Shown in pieces: positions 33,103 through 44,600 of a stretch of DNA of 64,000 nt. Under the pieces are notes generated by a model. The model had not been told where the DNA came from. It made no database searches and saw only the letters and a program-made list of their open reading frames with translations. Both the position numbers and the translations under genes were made by a program. Every line of letters starts with the position of its first letter. Within the stretch, counting starts at the first letter, position 1. The stretch is from Blastocladiella emersonii ATCC 22665 (taxonomy: Eukaryota; Fungi; Blastocladiomycota), in the NCBI GenBank assembly GCA_025594325.1, contig JANHCV010000014.1, forward strand, positions 1,116,001 to 1,180,000. The letters are read 5' to 3'.

Positions 33103-35067
33103 TCACTCCATCGCGTTTTTGGCCTTCTTCAAGGACTTGAGAACGCGGTTGAACACCGTGCGGAGCACACCGGCGGGGTTCTCGCTCACGGGGAACGCGA
33201 GTAACCCGCTGAGCCCAGCGACCGCGACGTCGCGGGCCACCGCCAAGGCCGACTCGGGCTGCGTGCGAATTCCGCGGATCTGGTCGCACAACACACGGGC
33301 GCAGTCCATGCGCACGTCGTCGTTGACAGCCCATTCCGAAGTCCCAGTGATGGTCTCCTGGAGCTCGGTGCACTGCGTCAGGCACTTGATGAGCGCGAAC
33401 GCAAGGTGCTTGGAGTTCCGGAGGAGCTGGCAGTCGACAACAAGGTGCCGGTCGGTACGGAGCCGAGCGGAAGTATCAGCAAGGCCAACCGTGTCGCAGT
33501 AATCGCACCCGAGAACGTGTACGCCAGCACCTGGGACCGCGGTGGCCGTGACGGCGTTCACGCCAGTAGTAGAGAGCAGGCTCCACGACAGGTCGATGGT
33601 GGTCATGGCGGGCGAGGGCGCGGACCCCGAGAAAGTCAACGGGCCGGGGAACGTGGTCGCGGGACCCGAGAGGAACGCCGATGGGTCGGCGAAGGCACCC
33701 GCGCCGTCCGAGATGCGGACCATGGGGTCGGCGAACGCGGTCGCGGGACCCGAGAGGAACGCCGATTGGTCGGCGAACGTGGTTGCGGGACCCGAGAAAA
33801 ACAGAGACGGGTCGGCGAACGCGGCCGTGGCGCCCGAGAAGAACGCAGACGGGTCGGCGAAGGCGGCCGCGCCGTCCAAGAAATAGGCCATCGGGTCGGC
33901 AAACGCTGTCGCGGGGCCCGAGAAGATCGCCGACGGGTCGGCAAACGTGGTCTCAGGAACCGAGAGGAACGCCGACGGGTCGGCGAACGCGATCGCGGGA
34001 CCCGGGAAGAACGCCGATTGGTCGGCGAACGCGGCCGCGGCCGCGGCGTCCAAGAGGAACGCGGGGAATGGGTGCCCGGATCCCGCAAGGACCGGAGGCG
34101 CAGCAGCCAGTGCAGCGACCGAGTGCGCGGCGCTCGAGATGGCCGTCGGTGCTGTGGATGAGCCCGCGGGGGCCGTGGCCATCTCCACGCCCACGAAAAC
34201 CGGGGCAAGCCGGCCGCGCAGGCGATCAATGATGCTGCGCGAGTGCAGGCTGTCCATGACCAAGTCCACAGCCTCCGTGTACTCGATAGTGAGATTGGCG
34301 AGCAAGTCGAAGAGCTGGCCCTGGAAGTCGAAGCTATGCGAGGAGGTGTTGCCGTTGGTCGCCATGTTCGTCGCATGGGCAAGCGTCGCGCCGACTGCGC
34401 GGATGCGCTCCGCGCCAATGATCGTATGCTTGATGCACTGCGTTTCAAGCGTGCCGAACTCGGTCTGGACGTCCAAAAAGGCGTTGAGCGAGTCGAGCGA
34501 GTCCAGCGACCGGGTGGTCAGGTCAAGGGCCTCCGCGGAGAGCGAGTCGGCTGAGCCCGTCGACAGCGGCGAGCCTGCAGCCAAGTTGGCGGGCGGCGAC
34601 GAGGGCAGGGTACCGGCGATCGGCGAGGGCGAGGATGCGATAGTCGGGTCCGGGAGGAGGAAGTCACCGTCAAAGGCCGCGGAGAGGCGAATGAGCTTGT
34701 CGAGAGCGAATTGCAGGAGCGAGAAGTCGTACAGCGCGTCTGCGCAGCGCGTGGCCTCGGAGCTAAGCTCCTTGAAAGTCTGGACCAGCCGCAGCAGCTG
34801 GATCGGATCGAGCGGGTAAGCCTTGTCCCACTCGATGCTTGTCGCCGTAGGTATCACCATTTTGACGCGGACGCGTCGCATGGCGAGCTCGAGCTGCATG
34901 TTGACCTGGTTTCCCAGGGCCACACGCTCGGCGTCGACCTCGAAGCAGTTGGCGGACGGGTCCGATGCCATTGCAGCCAGGTCAGACACGGCCTGGGTCA
35001 GCAGCGACAAGTCGTCGCGCCAGTCGGGCGTCCGTGTGCCGGCTGCTTGCGTGGTTGCTTGATTCAT
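33103..35067 (-). CDS. Hypothetical protein with helical N-terminus, 14-aa tandem repeat array and C-terminal CxxC..H..C motif
   Basis: Long uninterrupted ORF, first ATG at 35067 (MNQATTQ). Repeats of AFADPSAFxSGPAT; CDYC-x16-HLVVDC. Confidence 0.65.
   Translation of the reverse strand: MNQATTQAAGTRTPDWRDDLSLLTQAVSDLAAMASDPSANCFEVDAERVALGNQVNMQLELAMRRVRVKMVIPTATSIEWDKAYPLDPIQLLRLVQTFKELSSEATRCADALYDFSLLQFALDKLIRLSAAFDGDFLLPDPTIASSPSPIAGTLPSSPPANLAAGSPLSTGSADSLSAEALDLTTRSLDSLDSLNAFLDVQTEFGTLETQCIKHTIIGAERIRAVGATLAHATNMATNGNTSSHSFDFQGQLFDLLANLTIEYTEAVDLVMDSLHSRSIIDRLRGRLAPVFVGVEMATAPAGSSTAPTAISSAAHSVAALAAAPPVLAGSGHPFPAFLLDAAAAAAFADQSAFFPGPAIAFADPSAFLSVPETTFADPSAIFSGPATAFADPMAYFLDGAAAFADPSAFFSGATAAFADPSLFFSGPATTFADQSAFLSGPATAFADPMVRISDGAGAFADPSAFLSGPATTFPGPLTFSGSAPSPAMTTIDLSWSLLSTTGVNAVTATAVPGAGVHVLGCDYCDTVGLADTSARLRTDRHLVVDCQLLRNSKHLAFALIKCLTQCTELQETITGTSEWAVNDDVRMDCARVLCDQIRGIRTQPESALAVARDVAVAGLSGLLAFPVSENPAGVLRTVFNRVLKSLKKAKNAME
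33630..34050 (-). repeat. Coding minisatellite, about 10 x 42 bp
   Basis: gggtcggcgaacgcggtcgcgggacccgagaggaacgccga-like units at 42-bp spacing on the + strand. Confidence 0.85.
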
Positions 35068-36599
35068 GGTGCGGATCGCAAGGTTTGGTCTGTTTTGAGG
35101 ATGGGAAGCCGTTGCGGCGAGAGCGAGAGCGATCAAGCGGGGTCGCGCGGGAGGGCGGGGGGAGCGGGAGCACCGCGCCAGGGCGCGAGCCGGTGCCGAG
35201 CGGGCCTCTGCACCAAGTACTGTAATCAAGGATCAAGGAGGCGGGAGACGATATCGCGGCCAGGAGGAGCGAAAACGCGTGCAAAACGCGTCTCGCACCG
35301 CGTGCTGGAAACGTCTCGCACTCGGCGCCTTGCGGCAGCCGTGTCACGCGAGCGACGATCGCGCGTCGCGCCCGCTCCGGTCACCGAGGCGGGACTACAT
35401 ACGAAGCGAGGAGCCGCAAACTCCTGGACGCATGAGCCGTTGTGGTGTGGTCGAGGAAGTCAGTCGCGAAGAGGTACCAAGTCCGGGGCGTGAGCGGGCG
35501 GCCGACTCGGGTGGCACCTCGACACGCGAGTTGGTTCGCCTTCGTCGGCTCGGGCCCCAATAAGGACTCCCGCTCTTGGACGTCACAACCAGGCGACTCT
35601 CAATCGCCACGGCAAGTCCTTGCAATACGTGTCCAAGGGGCTGTCGCCTGAGAGGCCGGAGACCAGAGCTTGAGCAACGTCGGTCGGTCCGCATGTTGGA
35701 CATGCTGACCTCGCCGACCCGCACGATCGAGGCTCGGACGCGCCGCGGAGATGTGCAGAGTATGGCGCTGTAGTGTCGTAGAGGCAAGGTCCTCGCCTTC
35801 GTCCAAGCGGCCGGGAAGCACGCTGTTCTGGCCGATGGACCGTCGCCCTACTGCTCGATCTCGCTGCTGCCCCTCGATCTCCGCCCCAACTACTCACGGT
35901 CAGTGTCCCTCCATCCGGTGCTTCAGCTCCCATGGCTGCGTGGCGGCAACTGACACGATGGAAGCGGTGGTGGAGGGGAGGGAGCACGGCGGGGGGCGAT
36001 CCGAGACGGCGACGCGTCGGGTCGCTCGACGACGCGAGGGGGCCTCTCCGGGTCGGCGGCACGGAGCCAGGCCAGGTTGTTTCGCGAGTTCGCGGCACCG
36101 ATTCCCGTTCTGCCGAAGCCTAAAGATGTTGCGCGGGGTGCGGGCCCGCGTGGACCGCCGCGGGACAAGGAGCAACGTCAGCGACGCGACGCGCCGCGCC
36201 ACCGAGTCACGCGTGTCATATTTGAGCGGGTATCAGGTGACACCGCCGCGGGTCGCTGCTCTGATCCGCCGGCTCGCCGCTGAGGAGCTCCGTACCTGCA
36301 CAAGCTCTCGTCGCTCGCCGCAGAGTCTCCTGGCGAGGGCGACTTGACCCGGGACCAACGACCCCCGGGCTGCTCTCCGCCGGGGTTGGCCGGGTTCAAG
36401 GCGGTCTCCACAGTGAGGGTCATCGGCACGCGCCATCAAGGATCGGGCGAGTCGTCACGGTCAAAGTTTTGCGCAGAGTCGAGGGCGGAGGTTGGTCCGG
36501 CGCGACGCCCGGCACGGCACTGGCGGCGAAGCTTGCGCCTTGGCGCCCGCTCGCGGCCGACGACATCGCTCTCTCCCTTTAACCGCCGACGCCCGTATC

Positions 36600-37115
36600 A
36601 TGGAAGCTCATGCAAACGTCGCTGCCGTGCCGACCCGCGCGCTCGTCGAGGACACGCTCGCCTACTACCGCGACATGCTCGACGGCGCGGACCCCACGGC
36701 GCTGGTCGCCTTCGCGTCGCCCCCGACCGCATCGCCACTGGACCCGCGTCAGGGCGTGCGCGCTGTTGAGTCCGTAGTGCACCCAGACCGTGCCATGGCC
36801 CAGATCCTGCTGCCACGCCCACTCCCGTCCGGCCGCCGCGGCGCGACGTGCGCGCTCGTCGAGTTCACGCCCGTGGGGTTCACCGTCGCTGACGTGGTCC
36901 CGTGCTACGCGTCCGAGCCGGAGTCGGGCGTGCCGCTGTCGTCCGAGGACGACGACGCACTGGAGTCGGCAGCAAGGGATCTCGACGCGATGCGCGGGCG
37001 CACCTTCGACTCGCTCGAGGCGCTGTTTGACGTGGTCGGCGGCACCGGCCACCGCGCCAACCTCGCATCGGTCCTCGGCGCGCGGCTCGCGGCGCTGGCT
37101 GCCTCTCGCTCGTGA
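36600..37115 (+). CDS. GSKIP-domain (DUF727-like) protein
   Basis: 171-aa ORF ending TFDSLEALFDVVGGTGHRANLASVLGARLAAL, similar to the GSKIP consensus YET..ALL..LSP.YR..F...L..RL..L. Confidence 0.6.
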   Translation: MEAHANVAAVPTRALVEDTLAYYRDMLDGADPTALVAFASPPTASPLDPRQGVRAVESVVHPDRAMAQILLPRPLPSGRRGATCALVEFTPVGFTVADVVPCYASEPESGVPLSSEDDDALESAARDLDAMRGRTFDSLEALFDVVGGTGHRANLASVLGARLAALAASRS

Positions 37116-37233
37116 ACCCGCTCAATGGATTCTTCCGCCCAGTCGATGATTGACTAGTGGACAGATACGATGAGAATGACAAAACTACGACTAGCTACAA
37201 CTTCTCGTCCCGCCAACAGCCTCGTGGCGGCGC

Positions 37234-37830
37234 CTACTTGACCTCGAGCCTGAGGCGGATACCCATGACGAGCAGCTCCGTGCACAGGGTGCCTGAACAC
37301 TTACGGATCGCCACCACGTCCATGACCTCGCCGTCGCCGCATATCCGGCAGATCACCTCGCGCGGCGAGAACGAGTCCTGCGGTGGCGGTGACATGGCCG
37401 CCAGGAACGACTCGCGCTTCCTGCGCACGTGCGCCTGCGAGTAGTCGGAGCAGTTCATCAACCGGTCCTGCTGCAGGAACGACACGCCGTGGCCCAGCAG
37501 CGAGTCGCGCTCCATCTCGCCGAACCGGATCCCACCCGCGCGCTTGCGGCCTTTCACCAACTCTATCGTCAGATTGTGTACCGGACCCGTCGCGCGCACC
37601 TGGAACCTGTCGCTGATCATGCGGCACAGGCACTGGTTGTACACGGCGCCGAAGCCAACCGCAGCTGCTCGCCCCAAAGTAGTCGGCCGCGGGGCCGTCC
37701 TCGCTGAACTAGAACGGCGTCGCGTCCTGGTAGATGCCGCGCAGCGCGCCCGCCTTGGCCGCCATCGGCTCGACGAACATGTCAATCGTCATTCGCGACG
37801 GAAACGCGTGCGGGTGGATGATCACGCCGG
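37234..37830 (-). pseudogene. RPA135: Degenerate 3' fragment of RNA polymerase I second-largest subunit
   Basis: IIHPHAFPSRMTIDMFVEPMAAKAGALRGIYQDATPF* and RFQVRATGPV...KGRKRAGGIRFGEMERDSLLGHGVSFLQQDRLMNCSD. In-frame TAG at ~37710, a frameshift, deletions and substituted conserved residues. Confidence 0.88.
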
Positions 37831-38030
37831 ACAGGATTTCCGTCACGCAGCGTGCCGAGCAGCGTGAGCGCCTTGAGGACGGGCGGTAGCAGTAGCGCGT
37901 TCGGGTCCTGGGGACGTAACTAAATGGGTTGAATAACGATATATTCACATCGGGACGTCGGGCCCTGACCGGGACGGGCGCCGCCGGTCCTACGGACCAC
38001 GGGATTGAGGGCTCTCACAAGGGTTCGGTG

Positions 38031-39102
38031 TCACTCGGCGCCGACCGCCGCCGCCGCACCGCCGGTAGCTATGGCTACCGCCTGGGAGGGGTCGGATTGC
38101 AACGTGTGATCAGACTTCATCTCGCCAGCCGTAATGCCGTCGAGCTTGGCCGTTGCAATGGCAACAATCTGGTCGCGCGCGGCGGCCGCGAGTTCGTGCC
38201 GCTCGAGCATGCCTGCGAGCTCCATAAGCTTGCCCCAATCGGCCAGGGTCATGGCGGCCATGTCGAAGCCAAGCTCGTCCAGCGCCTGCGGAATCGGCTC
38301 CGGGATTGGTTCGCCCGGGAGCCAGCTCGTGTAAAGGTTGACGAGTGCAAGAACGAGTACTGGATGCGGCCAAGCGGTGAGACGAAGCGGCTCGGTTGGA
38401 TTGGCGCTTTCGGCAAAGTCGCTGCAGAACATCCTCTCGAAGAACGGCGAGGCGGAGGCAAGGATTGCCCGAGAAGCATGGATTGGAGTCGTGGAAGCGT
38501 CGCCAGCAACGATTTGGACGTCGGACACGGGCCTGTTGTTGAAAAGTCGCGACATGCGGTCCACAGGGCGAGCAACGATCCGGGCTTGAGGATCAAGGGA
38601 TGGTGCAACCGAGGAGCCCGAGTCGAACCGGATCGTGATCCAGGTTAACATGGTCCAAATGAGCTTTTTTTCGAGGGCCTCCCACGCAAGATGGGTGGTC
38701 GTCGCGGACGAGGAAGTCGTCACTGGAAAGCGCGTCGATGCACGCTGTCCGTCCGTGTACTCACATGCCAACGTGCACGTCACGGTCTCGGGCTGTGCAG
38801 TCGCTTTTTCGATGTAGAGCAGGACGGTCCATTTAGGGACTTCGGGCTCGGAGAAGCGTTTCAGTTTGACGTGGAAAGACGGTGACTTGAGAACGCCGCG
38901 CAGCTCCACTGATGGTGACTGAAAGCCCGTCCCCGACACAGTTTCAGCCAGGTGGGGAAGCAAAGCAAGGTGATATACAGGCACGCCGTTGTCCCAGGTG
39001 ACGAGAGCGCGACGAAAAGCGACCTGGGAGGGCAAGCAGGTCAGTAGCGGCCCGCACAGTCGTTGTAAAGGTGCAAGCAGCATCAATTACCTTCAAATCC
39101 AT
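38031..39102 (-). CDS. BTB/POZ-domain protein (probable Cul3 adaptor) with MATH-like N-terminal region
   Basis: A 12-nt first exon MDLK (ATG 39102) is followed by a GTAATT..CTGAC..CAG intron. BTB motif SDVQIVAG...IHASRAILASASPFFERMFCSDFAES. Confidence 0.8.
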
Positions 39103-39626
39103 GATAATTGAGCTGGTTGGTTGGCTTACACTGGCGGGAGCGAGGACGGGCTTGAGCTCGCGTCCGAGTATCGGCGGCGATCCCAAGGGCAAGCAAGATG
39201 GACACGAATTCGACAAGATCACACGGATGCGGCTTGAAATGCTCCCACGGCGAGTCCCACCGCCGGAGCACTCGTGAAAGCGGGCAAAGATCATGCAAGT
39301 GCTGGCCGGTGCGGTCAACCTTGAAAGCCCACGAGCAGCTGCGACTACCACCGCCAATACGATTGCAGCAAGTATATATACATGAGATTCGTTCGTTTTC
39401 GTTGTACGAAGAGGCCCAGAGAGCGCGTGCGTCGACATGTGGTCGCCGCTAGCCTGGCCGCTAGCCCGTGCAGTGTGGCGCCGGCGCCTTCAGCCTTCGC
39501 AACGCCACTCGCCCACGCTCTCTCTCCCCACCATCAAATCCATGCATCAATAGAGCCATAGAACGGCCATACTAGCGTCAGAGACCACCTGCAACCACTG
39601 TAAACCATCACGTTTGAGAGCACCAG

Positions 39627-41597
39627 ATGCCGCGGCGCTCGACCCGCCCCGTGGCGCTGCTCGCCCTCCTCGCCCTTCTTGTCGCCTCCACATCCGTCAA
39701 CACCGTCCGCGCGCAGGCCTCGGGCCACCGCTTCGATGCCGTCGTTGACCCTGCGCTCGGCGGCGGCGTCACATACCGCCGCGACGCCCCGCTGACGACC
39801 GCCTCGGACCCGGCAGGCGCGGGCTCGTCGTCGTGGTCCAGCTGGCTGGCCTCGGTCTTCTCGCCGCCCGCGGCGCAGACGCCCGTTGCGGTGCCCCGCT
39901 CATCGACCGCCAAGCGGGCGGGCGACGACGCCCCGCCGGGCGCCATCTCGCTCGAGCTGTCGTCGGGCGCGTTCAAGTTCAAGCTGCAGTGCCTCGACGT
40001 GGACGACGCGCGGTGCCGCAAGATGGGCCGCGCGCTGACGACGGCCGGGACCATCTACTCGATGCTGCTGCGGCTCGAGACCCCCGTGGTCGTGACGGCG
40101 AGCTTCAAGTCGTTCTGCGTGCACCCGCCGACGCAGCCGTCGGCGTCGCCGGGCGAGTTTGGGAACACGGCGAGCGCTTCCGCTAAGGAGTGTCCCGACC
40201 GCCTGCGCAACGCGGTCGGGTCCGCGTTCCCGTCGGCACAGTGGAACCTGTTCGGGATCGACGGCGTCGACCCGCGGTACACGTACCCGCAGGCGCTCGC
40301 GAAACAGGTGGTCCCGAAGCCGCTGGCGTGGAGCGCGAGCGACATCACGGCGCAGTTCAACGTGGACGCGGACCTGTGGTTCGAGGACGACGGCGCGCCC
40401 ATCAAGCCGGCGCAGACCGACGCCGTGTACGTGGTGGTGCACGAGCTGCTGCATGGCATGGGCCTGACCACGTCGTGGAACGCGTACGCGCAGTCGCTCA
40501 ACATCGCCAACCTGCCCAGCACCAACTTCCTGTCGCCGCACCCGAGCCTCGTCAACGACGGCACCCGCGTCGCCGGGTTCCTGCCGCACACCGTCTACGA
40601 CAAGTTCCTGTACGACACGGTGCACCAGCGCCCGCTCGCCTTCTACGCCCACGTCATGGCGACCTGCACTCGCGACGGCACCCCGGTCTCCGCCCCGCCC
40701 GCTGACTTTTACGGCAAGTTCCTGACGTCGCGCGTCGGCCAGTACGCGTACGAGCTGTACGCGGCCGCTACCACGGCCAACGGCATCGTCTTTGTGTTCC
40801 CGGACCCGCCGCGCCCCGACATGGAGAGCCCGAGTCTCGTCGCAGGCAAGCCCGACGGGTCGGCGCCTGCGGCTGCCCCTGCCGACGGGTCTCCCGCGGC
40901 AAGTGGTGGCTCGCCCGCTTCCTCGGGATCGGCGTCGGGCGGTAGCGGCAAGGCCGCCGCGGGTAACACTGCCTCTGATGGCGGGACCGGTGCGGGCCAG
41001 GCGGGTCCCGGTGCCGCTGTCCCTCCTCCGGCCGCGTCGCCTTCATCGTCTTCCTCATCAGCCAGCCGCGCATCGACCGCGACGCCAACCGCCTCGGCTG
41101 CGCCCACGGCCTCGCCGAGCGCAACGCCCGTCCCCGGGCGGACCAACACGACCAACCCGGTGGCTCGCCTAGTCCGCCGCGACGCCGCTCCCGCTTCCGC
41201 GCCGCCCGAGCACCTGGTCCTGCACACGCCGAACACATACGCCTTGGGCTCGTCGCTGTCGCACGTGGTGAACCTGGTTCCCGGCGGTCCCAACTTTCTC
41301 CTGCGCCCGTTCTCGCAGCCGGGCGCGAGTCTTCTGACCGTAACCGCGACCAACGCCAACACGACGGTTGAGGTCTCGGGGAATGCGACGATGGCGGACG
41401 CGTTCGCCAAGGCCAAGCTGTCGCCGGTCGGGCTCGGTGTGCTGCGCATGCTCGACGCGCTCGGGTACGAGGTGCAGCCGGGGTTCGGGCTCCCCGACAA
41501 GCGCAAGGTGCGGCGCGAGGCGGCCGACCCCGAGTGGCGCGAGGTCAGCATGACGCCCGTGCAGTGCGCCAACGCGTGGTGGCCCGCGGCCAAGTAA
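39627..41597 (+). CDS. Secreted putative zinc metalloprotease (HExxHxxG), paralogue A
   Basis: Signal peptide, YPQALAKQ, DITAQFNVDADLWF, VVVHELLHGMG, downstream GSSLSH and a Ser/Ala/Pro-rich insert. Intronless 656 aa. Confidence 0.75.
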   Translation: MPRRSTRPVALLALLALLVASTSVNTVRAQASGHRFDAVVDPALGGGVTYRRDAPLTTASDPAGAGSSSWSSWLASVFSPPAAQTPVAVPRSSTAKRAGDDAPPGAISLELSSGAFKFKLQCLDVDDARCRKMGRALTTAGTIYSMLLRLETPVVVTASFKSFCVHPPTQPSASPGEFGNTASASAKECPDRLRNAVGSAFPSAQWNLFGIDGVDPRYTYPQALAKQVVPKPLAWSASDITAQFNVDADLWFEDDGAPIKPAQTDAVYVVVHELLHGMGLTTSWNAYAQSLNIANLPSTNFLSPHPSLVNDGTRVAGFLPHTVYDKFLYDTVHQRPLAFYAHVMATCTRDGTPVSAPPADFYGKFLTSRVGQYAYELYAAATTANGIVFVFPDPPRPDMESPSLVAGKPDGSAPAAAPADGSPAASGGSPASSGSASGGSGKAAAGNTASDGGTGAGQAGPGAAVPPPAASPSSSSSSASRASTATPTASAAPTASPSATPVPGRTNTTNPVARLVRRDAAPASAPPEHLVLHTPNTYALGSSLSHVVNLVPGGPNFLLRPFSQPGASLLTVTATNANTTVEVSGNATMADAFAKAKLSPVGLGVLRMLDALGYEVQPGFGLPDKRKVRREAADPEWREVSMTPVQCANAWWPAAK

Positions 41598-41619
41598 CGA
41601 TAAATAAACTCTGCCCAAT

Positions 41620-44600
41620 TTATGACGTATCGTACAACCCCTCGTATTGCTCGACAAGAAACGCCATGACGCGGGCCTCGGGCGGCAGCGCGTCGGCGGC
41701 CGCGTCGCCGCGCAGGATGCTGCCGAGGACCCGCGCGATCTGCGCGCGCAGCGCCGTGATCTCCTCCATCATCCCCGCCACGTCGTCGGCGCACATGGAC
41801 GCGGCGAAGATCGAGCCCTCGTCGGCGTCCGCCGGGTTGAGCGTGCGCAGCGCCAGCTGCGAGGTCACGGACCCGCGCCGGCTCGTGTTGCCGAGCGGCC
41901 GCGGTTCGCGGATCCCCCCCTCGCCGTCTCCGTCGTCCTCGTCGTCATCGTCATCGTCGTCGAGGGACGTGGACGACAGCGAGCGGAAGGTGCCGCGGCG
42001 GATGGCGTCCAGGAACGACTTTGGTTTGGCGGGCATGAGCTCGGACGTCGACGTGAGGGTCGGGAACAGGATGGACCCGAAGATGACGACCATCGGGTGC
42101 GCGAGCGTCGCGGAGGTCGACGCGTGCAGCAGGCGGAACGCGTGTCCCAGGACCGCCTTGTAGTTGAGGTACTGCTCCTTGGGCAGGTCGGTGAAGACGC
42201 GGCGGAGCGACTGGACTTTGACGGCGGGGTCTTCCTCGGACACTACGCACAGCGGTCAAAGGTGAGTACGGCCGCGGCGGCGTTGAGCGACGACGAATAG
42301 AACGTACAGACGAGCCGCGTCACGTACTGCCGCGTCGACAGCGGGAGAAGGAACTCGCGGCCCATGGAGTGGATGAAAAAGTACATGTTCCAGCTCATGG
42401 TCATGAGCTGCTCGTCGCTGATCTCGTCGATCTTGCGCGTGTCGACGTCGAGCGTCGACAGGTTGTTGTTGACGAGCGCCTTGGTCGTGTAGTCTTCGTG
42501 CCGCTTCATGAGCCGCGCGTAGTCTACACGTTCCCCGCACACAGTCAGCCGGGGTCGCGCGGGGAAGGAGCGAGACGGCCGGATGTACCCATGACGAACG
42601 TGTACCGCTGCGTGTGGTCCATGGACATGAGTCGCGGGCAAAACTGCTCGACGAGCGCGTCGAGCACCGCGGCCATCGGGTCCGGCGCCGGCTCTTCGGG
42701 TGCTGGCTCGGCGGGCGTCGGGTCTGGGACAGGCTCCGGCGGCGGCGGCTCGACGCGCTCGACGGGCCGCGGGATCGCAATCGGCGGCGGGACCACGGGC
42801 GGGCCTGGCCTCCTCAGGATCGGTTTCGGCGGCGGTGGGGCGGGGGCCGGGGACACGGGCCGTGGCGGCTGCGCGAGCGTCGGGACGGGTGCCGGGACCG
42901 ACACGCTGCGCCGCCTTCCCGCGGACGGCGCGGTCGGCGGGCGGTGCGCGACGGGCGGCGGCACCGCGACGGCACCCGGCAGCGGGACCGTCGCGGTACG
43001 GAACCGGCCGCCGGACTCGGCGCGCATCGGGCCGTTCGAGTTGGTGGGCGCGGGCGGCGGGAGCACCGCGCGGCGGACGTGCAGGCTCGGCGCCGCCATT
43101 GTTTCAGGCTGCTGAACCTGCTGCTGCTGGAGCGCGACCGGGCTCCCCGCCTCGTTGTGCGTGAGTACGAGGGCAAACTTGTGCACGCCGTGGATCGGCT
43201 GTTTCGGCGGGTCTGCGCGTTTCCGGACGCCCGTGGCGGCGTCGACGTGCGGCGGGGCCAGCGCGACGTGGTGCTGGTTCACCATGAGCGTGGCCTGGAT
43301 GTGGTCGAGCAGCGCGGTCGCGGGCGCGAGCCCGCGCGACGACGACGGGATCGTCACGGACGACGGGCGACGGCCCGGGAGCGCGCTGGGCGCGCGCGAG
43401 GTCGGGGAGGACGGCTGGTCGGTGCCGTACCCGAGCGCAGTCCGCGGCCGCGAGGCAGGGAGCCCGGGGACGGCGTCCGAGTCCTCGGGCCTGGTGGACC
43501 GCGCGTCGAGCTCAAGCGTCGGGGGCGGTGGCTGCTGCTGCATCTGGTGCTCGTTGCGGGCCATGGCGAAGCGCGCCGTCTGCAGCGCGAGGTTGAAGGC
43601 CTGGCCGAACGAGCGGCCGTCGTCGTCGCTTGCTGCGGGTTGTCGCGCGAGACTCGTGCTCGGTGGGCGGACGGGGCTGCTGCTGGGCGGGCGCATGCCG
43701 ATGCGGCTCGCGGGCCGGCTGCGGCTCCGGCTCGTGCGGCGGGCCGTGAGAAAGTCGCCGTCGCGCGAGACGGGGGCGAGGGCCACGACAAAGTCCGGGA
43801 CGGGCCCGTCGTCGTCGTCCTCGGTGTCGGGGCGGAACGAGGCACGGCGTGGGGTACGGCGCGGGCGCGGTTCGGGGTCCTCGGCGGGCTCCGGGTCGTC
43901 GTCGATGGTCGCGATGCGCTGCCGCGAGTGCCGACCCGGTGCGCCACCGCCTCCGCCACCTCTGCCCGTGGCTGCGAGTTCAGCGAGTTCGCCGCCGAGC
44001 GCGTCGAGAGCTTCGGTGGAGATGATTCCGCTGCCGAGCTCGCGGCGCGTGGAACTGCGTGGGGCAGGCGCGTCGTTGGCGATGCCGGCGAGGACGGCAA
44101 AGTTGGACAGCGATCCCTGCGACGAGCGGTGTCGCGGGCGGCGCGGCGATGCGTCGTTGAGCCCGTCGGCGAGCGAGCCCATGCTGGGGAACACGTTGGG
44201 CCCGCTCTGGCCCGTGACGGCAATCGGCCTCGGCGGCGACCCAAAGTCGGCCGCGGCAGAGACGTCCTGCAGGCGGTCGCCGACACTGCTGCTGCGCCTC
44301 CGTCCGCCGGCGCCGCGGGCCACGAGGGCGGCGAGGCGGACGGTCGAGCCCGTGTGCGGTTTGGGCCCCGCGCCGGACCGCAGGACGGCGTAGTAGCGCG
44401 CCATGGGTCCCGCGGTGGTGTTGGTGGAGGTGGGGACGTCGCGCAGCGTGTCGGTCGCCATGACGGCGTCAAAGGCGTTGGGGTCGTCGGTCGGATGCCA
44501 CCACCCGGCGCCGTCGGGACGCGGCTGCATGGTGGTAGCGGCGAGGTTGAGGACGCTGGCGGACGAGGATCCGGTGCGGGTCAGCGGGCGCGACGTGGCG

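Noticed and set aside
33630-34050. Regular repeats suggestive of a CRISPR array
   Set aside because: They are contiguous degenerate 42-bp units without unique spacers, in frame within a eukaryotic ORF, and no cas genes are present.
35400-36450. Faint kinase-like words (RRPTAR, LHPVLQLPW) in the intergenic region
   Set aside because: There is no coherent frame or catalytic motif, so it is indistinguishable from chance without a search.
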